Positions 1-8,166 of a stretch of 64,000 nt of DNA are shown here, one piece after another. The first letter of the stretch is position 1, and each line of letters begins with the position of its first letter. The notes under the pieces were generated by a model. That model saw only the letters and a program-made list of their open reading frames with translations, did not search any database and was not told the DNA's origin. The position numbers and the translations under genes are program-made. This DNA comes from a virus: positions 1 through 64,000 of the IMG/VR virus record IMGVR_UViG_3300032240_001333. The stretch is one strand, 5' to 3'.

Positions 1-888
1 GCTGGTTCTCCATGTTATGTAAGTTCTGCTATTACTCAATATAAATATTATCAAAATGAGACAAAATATGCTTGCGACACACCAGCATCCGTTTCAAGTT
101 TATATTCACCATGTCCTGGATGTTCAACATACTCAGTATTAGTGTCAACTACAACTTGTACTGATGTAACTACATACTGGTGTAAATCTAGAAGTTATAC
201 TCAAGATAATCAATGTATAGGGCCAGAGTATATTGCTTATAATAATGTATGTCCAACAGCAGGTCAAAATAATGGAGATGCTTGTGGCTGCTACCAGAGT
301 ACAACCGATAGCTGTTCTGCCCCTAGAACAACTACAAATATTAATACATGTAACTCAGAAAGATGTAATAACTCTTGTACACCATTTACTGTATATTCAT
401 GTCCATCTGGATATGGCAGTCCTTATTTACAAAATGGAAGATATTATTGTACTGGTACCACTACACCATTTGCAACAATTTTTGCAACAGCAACAACAAA
501 CTATTCGTATACAGTAAATGAAACTATAAATGTAAAAAAATATAAAATTAGAAGAAGTGAAACCGTAACAGATTGTAATGCAACGCCCTATGTTGTTTCA
601 GGATACAGCGCTAATTGTCCTGGATGTAGCGTGTATACTACATCGGATCAAGTATGCACCACAAGTTCATATACAGACTATAGATGCGATAGCAGAACAT
701 ACTATACATGCACTGCTGGCCCGTACTACTCAGACACAAATCCCACATATACAGCATGTAGTTCAAATTTGGTTTCAACATATAATTATAAAAAATATGT
801 TCAAACGTGTGATAATTTTATTACTTATTATGCAAATAGCCCCACAGATCCAATATGTGACGGATGCCCAACATCAGAATTGCCATAG
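1..888 (+). CDS. Cys/Thr/Tyr-rich repeat protein, 5'-truncated; probable tail fibre or receptor-binding protein
   Basis: Frame 1 is open from base 1 into ORF 142..888; internal repeats such as YSPCPGCSTY / YSANCPGCSVY; followed by small tail-associated-type ORFs. Confidence 0.5.
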   Translation, partial: AGSPCYVSSAITQYKYYQNETKYACDTPASVSSLYSPCPGCSTYSVLVSTTTCTDVTTYWCKSRSYTQDNQCIGPEYIAYNNVCPTAGQNNGDACGCYQSTTDSCSAPRTTTNINTCNSERCNNSCTPFTVYSCPSGYGSPYLQNGRYYCTGTTTPFATIFATATTNYSYTVNETINVKKYKIRRSETVTDCNATPYVVSGYSANCPGCSVYTTSDQVCTTSSYTDYRCDSRTYYTCTAGPYYSDTNPTYTACSSNLVSTYNYKKYVQTCDNFITYYANSPTDPICDGCPTSELP

Positions 889-933
889 ACAAAAAATAAC
901 TTATTTGATACAATATATAAAAAGGAGCAATAA

Positions 934-1167
934 ATGACAGATGAAACACAAAATCAACCAGGGGTAAATAATTTGCCTCCAATTAAACTTGCATTTATAG
1001 TAGATAATGAAGTGGCAGATATCCTTCATACTGATGAAAGACTTTCTGCTATTTTTACAAGTAATCCATTAATTTTAAATGTAACAGATAGATTTGGTCA
1101 AGAAGATATGGCAGTAGGCTATACCTATGATCCAGCAACTGATACATTTACTAAGCCAACAGAATAA
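934..1167 (+). CDS. Hypothetical protein, possible tail-fibre accessory
   Basis: AAGGAG RBS; ends in GYTYDPATDTFTKP, a pattern common next to fibre genes. Confidence 0.5.
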   Translation: MTDETQNQPGVNNLPPIKLAFIVDNEVADILHTDERLSAIFTSNPLILNVTDRFGQEDMAVGYTYDPATDTFTKPTE

Positions 1168-1172
1168 TAAAT

Positions 1173-1442
1173 ATGTCAAAATCTAATTGGCAACTTTGGA
1201 AAGAAAAACAGGCTGGGGACCCAGTTAGACCTTGGGATTTATTAAATCCTAATATTCAAAATGTAGATGATGAAACATTTAATGATAGATATAATCTATG
1301 CCTTAAATGTCCTTCATTAATTCAAGCAACAAAAACATGTAAAAAATGTGGATGCTTTATGACACAAAAAGCTAAACTTCCTCATGCTTCATGTCCAATT
1401 GGCAAATGGGGAGCTTACGTAGAAGCCCCAGATGTAGTATAA
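1173..1442 (+). CDS. Small Cys-rich metal-binding protein
   Basis: CLKC...CKKCGC...CPIGKW pattern. Confidence 0.65.
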   Translation: MSKSNWQLWKEKQAGDPVRPWDLLNPNIQNVDDETFNDRYNLCLKCPSLIQATKTCKKCGCFMTQKAKLPHASCPIGKWGAYVEAPDVV

Positions 1443-1454
1443 AGGAGGATTTAA

Positions 1455-1664
1455 ATGTCACTAACTAATCAAGAAAAAATTGAAATTATTAATCAACATA
1501 TTAAGAATTCAGAAAAAAATGAATTTAATCTTTATGTGTCTTTACTAGGAGAACAACAAAAATCAGATAATGATTTAATAATTTCTGCTTTAGAAAAACA
1601 AATACAGGATGAAGTTAATAAACAAACTGTATTAAATTCAGAAAAAACAAAACTACAAGCATAG
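1455..1664 (+). CDS. Hypothetical coiled-coil protein
   Basis: AAGGAGG RBS; ORF track. Confidence 0.65.
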   Translation: MSLTNQEKIEIINQHIKNSEKNEFNLYVSLLGEQQKSDNDLIISALEKQIQDEVNKQTVLNSEKTKLQA

Positions 1665-1672
1665 GAAAATAA

Positions 1673-1852
1673 TTGGAAAAAACAGAACTTATTATCACAG
1701 CTTTACAACAACGCATAGGAGAAATTGTTTCAAATTATGAAACTCAAATTGCAGTATTACGGGCAGAAATTACTGAACTTATTAATGAAAAGCAGGAACG
1801 TGAAAAGTCTATTCAAGAATACTCAGACTCCATTAATAACATCACCAACTAA
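1673..1852 (+). CDS. Hypothetical 59-aa coiled-coil protein (not in ORF track)
   Basis: TTG start after AGGA; reads MEKTELIITALQQRIGEIVSNYETQIAVLRAEI...; fills the gap between neighbours. Confidence 0.55.
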   Translation: MEKTELIITALQQRIGEIVSNYETQIAVLRAEITELINEKQEREKSIQEYSDSINNITN

Positions 1853-2198
1853 TTTTCCATCAGGTATTGCCGTTAAAACAGATAGGGCAACCTATTGGAT
1901 TAAAGATGGAAAAAGATACAAATTGATTTCTGATAGGGCAGCAAAGTCTTGGTCATTTACTACAGTAAAGGCTACTGAAGAAGCATTATCTTTAATTAAA
2001 TTATCTGGTAAGTTGGGCTTTAGAGATGGGGCTTTGATAAAAAACATAGCAGATGGTAAAATGTATTTAATATCGCAAAATAAAAAAAGGCATATTGTAG
2101 ACCCAGACGTATTTACTAAATATGGATTAGATAGATCTAAAACTATAGAAGTAAGCGAAGCGGAAACAAATGCACATGATTTAGGAGATAATTTATAA
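1800..2198 (+). CDS. Hypothetical protein with internal duplication
   Basis: Likely GTG start at 1800 within ORF 1725..2198; two similar halves (YWIKDGKRYKL / YLISQNKKRHI). Confidence 0.55.
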   Translation: MKSLFKNTQTPLITSPTNFPSGIAVKTDRATYWIKDGKRYKLISDRAAKSWSFTTVKATEEALSLIKLSGKLGFRDGALIKNIADGKMYLISQNKKRHIVDPDVFTKYGLDRSKTIEVSEAETNAHDLGDNL

Positions 2199-2602
2199 TG
2201 GCAGGCGACGTTTGGAAACCAGTAGTATTTAATGAAGGTGCACCATTTGATCCAAATGATTTAAATCAATTACAAACAAATATTACACAGTCTTTTCAAC
2301 AAGGTAAAGATATTTTAAGAAACCTTTTAATTGGAACTGACCAATCTTTATTGCTTGCTGCGGGAACTAGTGAGACTAAATCAGTTCCAGCAAATACAGC
2401 AACATCATTTAATTTAGGTCGTGATAGCAAATTTGGATCAGGTATTCCTACATATGTAGTATCTATTGGCTCACCAATTCCAAATGGAACAATTATGTCA
2501 GTAGGAATTATTAATCCTGATACAAATCCACAAGCTGTAGTAGTTTCAAATAAAGCAGCCACAGGTGTATTTCTTAACTTTATAGCATTTGCTATAAAAT
2601 AA
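2198..2602 (+). CDS. Hypothetical protein, possibly virion-associated
   Basis: AGGAG RBS; TAATG coupling to upstream gene. Confidence 0.55.
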   Translation: MAGDVWKPVVFNEGAPFDPNDLNQLQTNITQSFQQGKDILRNLLIGTDQSLLLAAGTSETKSVPANTATSFNLGRDSKFGSGIPTYVVSIGSPIPNGTIMSVGIINPDTNPQAVVVSNKAATGVFLNFIAFAIK

Positions 2603-2605
2603 TAC

Positions 2606-2633
2606 TTGACAGCATAGTTTAATATGTTACAAT
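2606..2633 (+). promoter_or_regulatory. SigA-type promoter of the replication operon
   Basis: TTGACA-N16-TACAAT with extended TG; palindrome GTTACAAT-ttt-ATTGTAAC over the -10. Confidence 0.65.
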
Positions 2634-2648
2634 TTTATTGTAACTTAT

Positions 2649-2674
2649 AAAGTCACGACCGTCGTGACTTTTTT
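2649..2674 (+). terminator. Intrinsic terminator
   Basis: AAAGTCACGA-ccg-TCGTGACTTT followed by further Ts. Confidence 0.75.
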
Positions 2675-2690
2675 AATTTAAGGATAGTAA

Positions 2691-3506
2691 ATGTCTAACG
2701 ATTTAAAATGGATGTTGTCGTCTGATCAGCAGTTCCCATATCAAGACGATAAAGCCATTGAGCTTTGGTTTAAAGTAATGAAGTGGTTTAAACCAGATGT
2801 AGTTGATTATCTTGGTGATACAGATGATCAAGCATGTTATAGTAAGTACACAGACGGTAAGCCAACAGAATTTTTAAAAGCATATAAAAATGATGATGTC
2901 GCCAATGATTTAGATTTAATGCTTAAAGATATGAAATTAGAGGCAAGCGGTGCTCGTGAATTTTATACTAGAACCAGAAAGATGTTACCTAATGCACAAC
3001 TATTTTCAGCATTAGGAAATCATGATATTAGAATTTTTGATTATTTAGATAAAAAGATTCCTGAATATGCAAAACATGTAACCCCAGAAGCTTTATGGAG
3101 CTTAGACTCATTAGGATATGATTATATTTATTATAATGAATTACCTAAACGTCGTTTTGGAGATATCCATGTTCACCACGGAATGTCAGTGTCAGCTACT
3201 GGTGCAGTTAGAAAAGATATGGAAGATTTACAAATTTCATTAATCCGTGGACATTCACATAGAATTGCTTCACATATGGTAACATATGAATTAAGAAATA
3301 AAGGCAAGGGTGAAACAATTAGAGGTTATGAAATTGGACATATGTGTGATGAAAAAGGTCCAGGAATGAAATATACTCAGCACCATGATTGGCAAAAAGG
3401 ATTTGCAGTTGCTTATATTGAAAATGGAAAATATCCGCATATTAATATGATACATATATCACCAGACTATACATGCGTTGTTGATGGAAAGTTGTTTACT
3501 TTATAA
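2691..3506 (+). CDS. Calcineurin-like metallophosphoesterase
   Basis: SDQQ, LGDTDD, GNHD, HHG and GHSH motifs. Confidence 0.85.
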   Translation: MSNDLKWMLSSDQQFPYQDDKAIELWFKVMKWFKPDVVDYLGDTDDQACYSKYTDGKPTEFLKAYKNDDVANDLDLMLKDMKLEASGAREFYTRTRKMLPNAQLFSALGNHDIRIFDYLDKKIPEYAKHVTPEALWSLDSLGYDYIYYNELPKRRFGDIHVHHGMSVSATGAVRKDMEDLQISLIRGHSHRIASHMVTYELRNKGKGETIRGYEIGHMCDEKGPGMKYTQHHDWQKGFAVAYIENGKYPHINMIHISPDYTCVVDGKLFTL

Positions 3507-3691
3507 TGTGGTGTGCTAAATGTTCTGGAAGAGTTTTTGTTGATAGAGTATTTTCTCAAAAACTACATATAGAGTTATTTTGTATTCTATGTGGTAAGCG
3601 TTGGATGATCAATAAAGAAACGAACAGATTTGGAAAATGGTTAGAAAAAAGAGATCGGGAATACGCAAAAAATTTCTCTATTTCTTCTTAA
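3506..3691 (+). CDS. Zinc-ribbon protein
   Basis: CAKC...CILCG. Confidence 0.65.
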   Translation: MWCAKCSGRVFVDRVFSQKLHIELFCILCGKRWMINKETNRFGKWLEKRDREYAKNFSISS

Positions 3692-4116
3692 ATAATCAAT
3701 TACATAAAGTAATTAGATTATCTAGGGCGAAAGATGAAGTCATTGCTTGGCGCTATTCAGATAAAAAAAGAGTCCTATATTCTTATGCAGATGTGCAAAA
3801 AAATATGGAGAACGCTTATACTATTACACAAGTTGGTGCAATATTGGGTAGGCATAAAGTTACTATTGAAGAATACATTCTTCAGGGTAAAATTAGTACA
3901 CCGCAAAAAGTTTACCCGATAAGTAACCCAGACAGTACTTGGTCTAAATTTATGTTTAGCGAATCTGATATATTAAAACTACATGAATATATATTGGAAG
4001 CTGGATATACAAAAAATATACCGTCCAAGGCAGAATTAAGGGCACTTCTCAAAAACAATATGATATTGTATACTAAGACCGAAACAGGGTTTGTACCAGT
4101 ATGGAAGGCGGAGTAA
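3637..4116 (+). CDS. HTH DNA-binding protein (MerR/excisionase-like)
   Basis: YTITQVGAILGRHKVTIEEYILQGKI helix-turn-helix. Confidence 0.7.
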   Translation: MVRKKRSGIRKKFLYFFLNNQLHKVIRLSRAKDEVIAWRYSDKKRVLYSYADVQKNMENAYTITQVGAILGRHKVTIEEYILQGKISTPQKVYPISNPDSTWSKFMFSESDILKLHEYILEAGYTKNIPSKAELRALLKNNMILYTKTETGFVPVWKAE

Positions 4117-4225
4117 TGTCTAATAGATTTGTTATATGCGATATATGTAACAAAGAAATAGAATTACGATGGGGAATATTTGGAAGCGATACTCTAAGGA
4201 GACATGTAAAGGCGGAGCATAAATA

Positions 4226-4429
4226 ATGGCGGATACAAAAGTAAAAGTAGATCTTTCATTTACTAGAAATCTTGGTAATTATGAAAGCATTAAAATAGGT
4301 ATTGGTATTGAGGATGATGTTCGTGCTGGTGAAAATGTAGATACCGCTACTGAACGTGTATATAAATTTGTTGAAGAAAAGTTAATTCAAAAAACACAAG
4401 AAATTGAAGAAGAGTTAAAACGTGGCTAA
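4226..4429 (+). CDS. Phage hypothetical protein
   Basis: ORF track; TRNLGNYES motif; AGGCGGA upstream. Confidence 0.65.
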   Translation: MADTKVKVDLSFTRNLGNYESIKIGIGIEDDVRAGENVDTATERVYKFVEEKLIQKTQEIEEELKRG

Positions 4430-4739
4430 TACCAAAGAGCCCTATATTTTATTAACCATGTATCAAAATATGTATATGGAAAAATATGGTAAAACCCCTT
4501 TTATGAATAAATATAGAGAAAAGTGGGCTATGCAAGATGTCATAGATAGTGTAGGATATACTCGTGCAAAAGAATTATTGGAGTATTATTTTACAACTGG
4601 TAAATATGGACATCCGCTACAGTTCTTCTTTTTTAATTTTGATAAGATTGATATAATGCAAAGAGAAATTGAGAAAGATAAAAAAAATCGTAAGGCTTTA
4701 CAAGAAGCCACAAAGAGATTAGTTGAGGGTGAAGAGTGA
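4422..4739 (+). CDS. Hypothetical protein upstream of the helicase
   Basis: Overlaps both neighbours in operon fashion. Confidence 0.6.
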   Translation: MANTKEPYILLTMYQNMYMEKYGKTPFMNKYREKWAMQDVIDSVGYTRAKELLEYYFTTGKYGHPLQFFFFNFDKIDIMQREIEKDKKNRKALQEATKRLVEGEE

Positions 4740-5974
4740 ATACAGAAGCTACGTTAATATCAGCAGTATGCAAAAACAAGGATATCAGTACATTACTTGC
4801 AGACAATGTTGATGATTTATTTACTTCACATAGAGATATTTGGGAAGGTTTAAAATCCTACTATTATAAATTTAAGGCTGTCCCAGAAACTGGTGTACTA
4901 CAAGAAAAATTTAAAGACTTTGAACCTGATCTAAATGTAAAGGCAGAAACTGGATACTATCTAGACAAATTAAAGAATGAGTATTTATCTGCAAGATTAA
5001 AAAGCATTATTCTTCAAGGTGGATCTGCGTTAAAAGAAGATGCAGCATCTAGAGTTTTAGCAGACATGCAAAGCAAACTTGCTGGCCTTGCTAGATTTAC
5101 AAATAATGTTAGAGATTTAGATATTACAGATCTAGATGCAGCAGAAAGACACTTTGCATCCGTTAAAGATAGATCTGCAGCAATGGGTGGAAGTCCAGGA
5201 ATTAAAACTGGTTTTCAAGCAATTGATACTGCATATCCAACAGGCATGGCTCCAGGACATTTAATTGTTGCTATTGGTTGGCCAGGAAAAGGTAAGACAT
5301 GGTTTACATCATATCTTGCATGCAAAGCTTGGGAGCAAGGTTTCAAGCCAATGATTATATCGCTAGAAATGTCTCCAGAAAATATGCGTGATCGTATTTA
5401 TACAATGTTGGGATCTGGTTTATTTAAAGCCAGCGATTTGTCAAAGGGAGATATTAATATAGATGATTTTAAATCATGGGGACAGAAAAAGTTTGAAGGA
5501 AAGAATAGTTTTGTATTGGTATCAAATGAAGGAACAGCAGAAGTTACACCAGCTACTGTCCAAGGTAAAATTGATCAACACAAACCCGACCTTGTTATAT
5601 TGGATTATCATCAGTTGTTTAATGATAACAAACGCTCTAACTCAGAAGTAGAACGAAATAGAAATATTTCTCGTGAGTTTAAATTACTAGCAGTATCTAA
5701 TAATATTCCAATTATTGATATTACGGCTGCAACAGCAGATGATATTTCTGATCAAGAGAATCCACCAATGATGAGCCAAGTTGCTTGGTCAAAAGCAATT
5801 GAATACGATGCTGATATGGCTATGGCTATTCACAGATATCCAGGAACAAATCTAATTGAAGTGGTTTCACGAAAGAATCGTCATGGACATGAATTTGATT
5901 TCCATTTAGATTGGGACATCAATAGGGGTGTTATTAAAGAATTATATGATTATGTACCACCACAGACCAATTAA
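4736..5974 (+). CDS. dnaB: Replicative DNA helicase (DnaB-like, SF4)
   Basis: Walker A GWPGKGKT, SLEM, ILDY, IEYDAD, KNRHG. Confidence 0.92.
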   Translation: MNTEATLISAVCKNKDISTLLADNVDDLFTSHRDIWEGLKSYYYKFKAVPETGVLQEKFKDFEPDLNVKAETGYYLDKLKNEYLSARLKSIILQGGSALKEDAASRVLADMQSKLAGLARFTNNVRDLDITDLDAAERHFASVKDRSAAMGGSPGIKTGFQAIDTAYPTGMAPGHLIVAIGWPGKGKTWFTSYLACKAWEQGFKPMIISLEMSPENMRDRIYTMLGSGLFKASDLSKGDINIDDFKSWGQKKFEGKNSFVLVSNEGTAEVTPATVQGKIDQHKPDLVILDYHQLFNDNKRSNSEVERNRNISREFKLLAVSNNIPIIDITAATADDISDQENPPMMSQVAWSKAIEYDADMAMAIHRYPGTNLIEVVSRKNRHGHEFDFHLDWDINRGVIKELYDYVPPQTN

Positions 5975-6245
5975 AAGATTTCAAATAGATGTTGAATTTA
6001 AAGACGATTCAGATTTAATTAGATTAAGAAATCAGTATGAAAATATGTTAGTGCACCAAATGAGAGATAAGGGATACTCAAGAGTGCTTGACATAGACAC
6101 TGCATTTTCGGTAGAATTTACAGGTGAATCATGGAAGTTTTTAATGACTCTCCATGGAATACATACAGGAAGGCGGAAAGCATGGGAATCAGAGGGAATA
6201 ACACAAGGGAAGTTAGTTCCACGCAATATGCACCAAACCATATAA
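5928..6245 (+). CDS. Hypothetical protein between helicase and primase
   Basis: ORF track; true start uncertain. Confidence 0.55.
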   Translation: MLLKNYMIMYHHRPIKRFQIDVEFKDDSDLIRLRNQYENMLVHQMRDKGYSRVLDIDTAFSVEFTGESWKFLMTLHGIHTGRRKAWESEGITQGKLVPRNMHQTI

Positions 6246-7180
6246 AAGCTGTTGTAAAAGAAATTGGTTTAAAAATTATTAGTGAATCTAATAATAATTT
6301 AGTTATATATTGTCCATTCCATAATAATACTCATAGCCCAAGTTTTTATATTAGCGAAGAAAATGGCGCATGGCTTTGTTTTAATCCGTCATGTGCAGAA
6401 ACTGGCAATATTATTCAGCTAGTTAAAAAGATTACTAATAAAAATGATTTTGAAGCCATTAGACTTGTAACCGCAAAAGAGTCACAGGCATTAGATAGTT
6501 TTGATGAAGCACTTAATCAAATGTTTGAGGAAAAGCCAGAATTTATAGAATTTGATCAAAGTAAATTAGATGATTTATCTATGGAATTAACGTTTAATAA
6601 AGATGCTAGAGACTACTTTGAATCTCGTGGTATAAATCAAGCATCTATGACTTATTTTAAATTAGGATATTCACAGTCTCAAGGAATGGTTATTGTCCCA
6701 GTACATAGTCCAGATGGCGTGCCAGTTGGACTAGTTGGTAGATCAATAACTGAAAAGAAGTTTAAAAACAGTACAAATTTACCAAAAAATAAAACATTGT
6801 TTAATGTGCATAGAGCTAAAAGAATTGGTGATCAGGTAATAATTGTTGAATCTAGTTTTGATGCAATTATAATACATCAAGCAGGATTCCCTAATGTTAT
6901 TGCAACATTGGGTGGTCACATCTCATCAGATAATATAAATTTATTAAATAGATATTTTAATAAGATTATTATCATGACAGATGCTGATCATGCAGGAAGA
7001 GAATTAGGGTTATCAATATCTAGTAAATTAAGAAACAAAGACATCTTGTGGGCTTCTTATGCTTATGGTAAAATATATCCACATGAAGCAAAAGATGCAG
7101 GAGATATGACTGAAGAAGAAATTAAGCTTTGTATTAACAATGCTGTTTCTGACATAGAATACAAATCCTGGACCTTGTGA
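6182..7180 (+). CDS. dnaG: DNA primase (CHC2 zinc finger plus TOPRIM)
   Basis: CPFH...CFNPSC, VESSFDA, DADHAG; start placed at ATG 6182 behind AGGCGGA (ORF track begins 6131). Confidence 0.9.
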   Translation: MGIRGNNTREVSSTQYAPNHIKAVVKEIGLKIISESNNNLVIYCPFHNNTHSPSFYISEENGAWLCFNPSCAETGNIIQLVKKITNKNDFEAIRLVTAKESQALDSFDEALNQMFEEKPEFIEFDQSKLDDLSMELTFNKDARDYFESRGINQASMTYFKLGYSQSQGMVIVPVHSPDGVPVGLVGRSITEKKFKNSTNLPKNKTLFNVHRAKRIGDQVIIVESSFDAIIIHQAGFPNVIATLGGHISSDNINLLNRYFNKIIIMTDADHAGRELGLSISSKLRNKDILWASYAYGKIYPHEAKDAGDMTEEEIKLCINNAVSDIEYKSWTL

Positions 7181-7235
7181 TATAATACAATGACAGATGG
7201 ATTTATACCATCAACTATAGAAAAGAGGAAGTAAT

Positions 7236-7901
7236 ATGGGTCTAGTAAAAGGACTAAAAGATTTAAATAAAGTAATGGATAAACCGCAAGCATCTAGCGG
7301 TGACGGGTCGAAAGCTCGTTGGGTTAAATTAGATGACACAGAAAGTGTTAAGATTAGATTTCTTCAGGAATTAGATCCTGATTCTCCCTACTACAATGAA
7401 AAAAATGGTTTAGGCTTTATTGCCGTTGAACACACAAATCCAAAAGATTATAAGCGTAAAGCTTTGTGTACAATTGATGACCAAGGAAAATGTTGGGGAT
7501 GTGAACAACATCGCAAAGATTACAAGGCAGGATGGAAAGGCCGTTCCCGTCTTTACATTAACGTTCTTGTAGATGATGGCAAAGAGGAGCCATATGTTGC
7601 CATCTTGTCTCAGGGTAGTAGCGGAAAGACTATTACTCCTACATTAATTGAATATGCTGGCGAAATGGGTAGCATTTCAAATTTAATGTGGCGCATTAAG
7701 CGTACAGGCACAAAGACAGACACCAGTTATACATCAATCCCACTTGCCAAAGATGAGGTACCATTTGATTCATCTGGATTGGAATTGTATGAATTGGAAA
7801 AGGTTGCAGTTCGTGACCTACCCTATACAGAGCAAGAAGCCTTCTTCAATGGTGAAGGCGTAGATGAGCCATCAAACGCAACAGGTAGCGTAGAGTGGTA
7901 A
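7236..7901 (+). CDS. Probable single-stranded DNA-binding protein
   Basis: Lies between primase and polymerase; Cys pair CWGC; acidic C-terminus ending in W; own promoter and terminator. Confidence 0.6.
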   Translation: MGLVKGLKDLNKVMDKPQASSGDGSKARWVKLDDTESVKIRFLQELDPDSPYYNEKNGLGFIAVEHTNPKDYKRKALCTIDDQGKCWGCEQHRKDYKAGWKGRSRLYINVLVDDGKEEPYVAILSQGSSGKTITPTLIEYAGEMGSISNLMWRIKRTGTKTDTSYTSIPLAKDEVPFDSSGLELYELEKVAVRDLPYTEQEAFFNGEGVDEPSNATGSVEW

Positions 7902-7910
7902 ATTAAATAG

Positions 7911-7941
7911 ATAGGGGATGGCTCTTGTCATCCCCTGTTTT
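7911..7941 (+). terminator. Intrinsic terminator overlapping the next promoter
   Basis: ATAGGGGATGG-ctctt-GTCATCCCCTGT then T tract; TTGTCA-N17-TAGAAT overlaps it. Confidence 0.7.
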
Positions 7942-7959
7942 ATTTAGTAGAATCCATAT

Positions 7960-8166
7960 ATGAGAACTTACGAAATACCAGATCCATTTGTTGAGTTTGT
8001 CCATAATAAAAATCTTAAGTTATCTGGTGCAATACATGATTACTTTGCAAAAGAATGGAGTTATAAATGCATTACCTGTCTAGAAGTAATGTATGCTCCA
8101 AGTAAAAAAACAATAACAAAAACTAGACTTTATCATACTAGAAATATATGTTTGGGCGGATATTAA
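7960..8166 (+). CDS. Small zinc-finger-like protein, leaderless
   Basis: CITC...H...C; TAGAAT just upstream of ATG. Confidence 0.55.
   Translation: MRTYEIPDPFVEFVHNKNLKLSGAIHDYFAKEWSYKCITCLEVMYAPSKKTITKTRLYHTRNICLGGY

Noticed and set aside
1-888. Diversity-generating retroelement target
   Set aside because: No reverse transcriptase or template/variable repeat pair in the window
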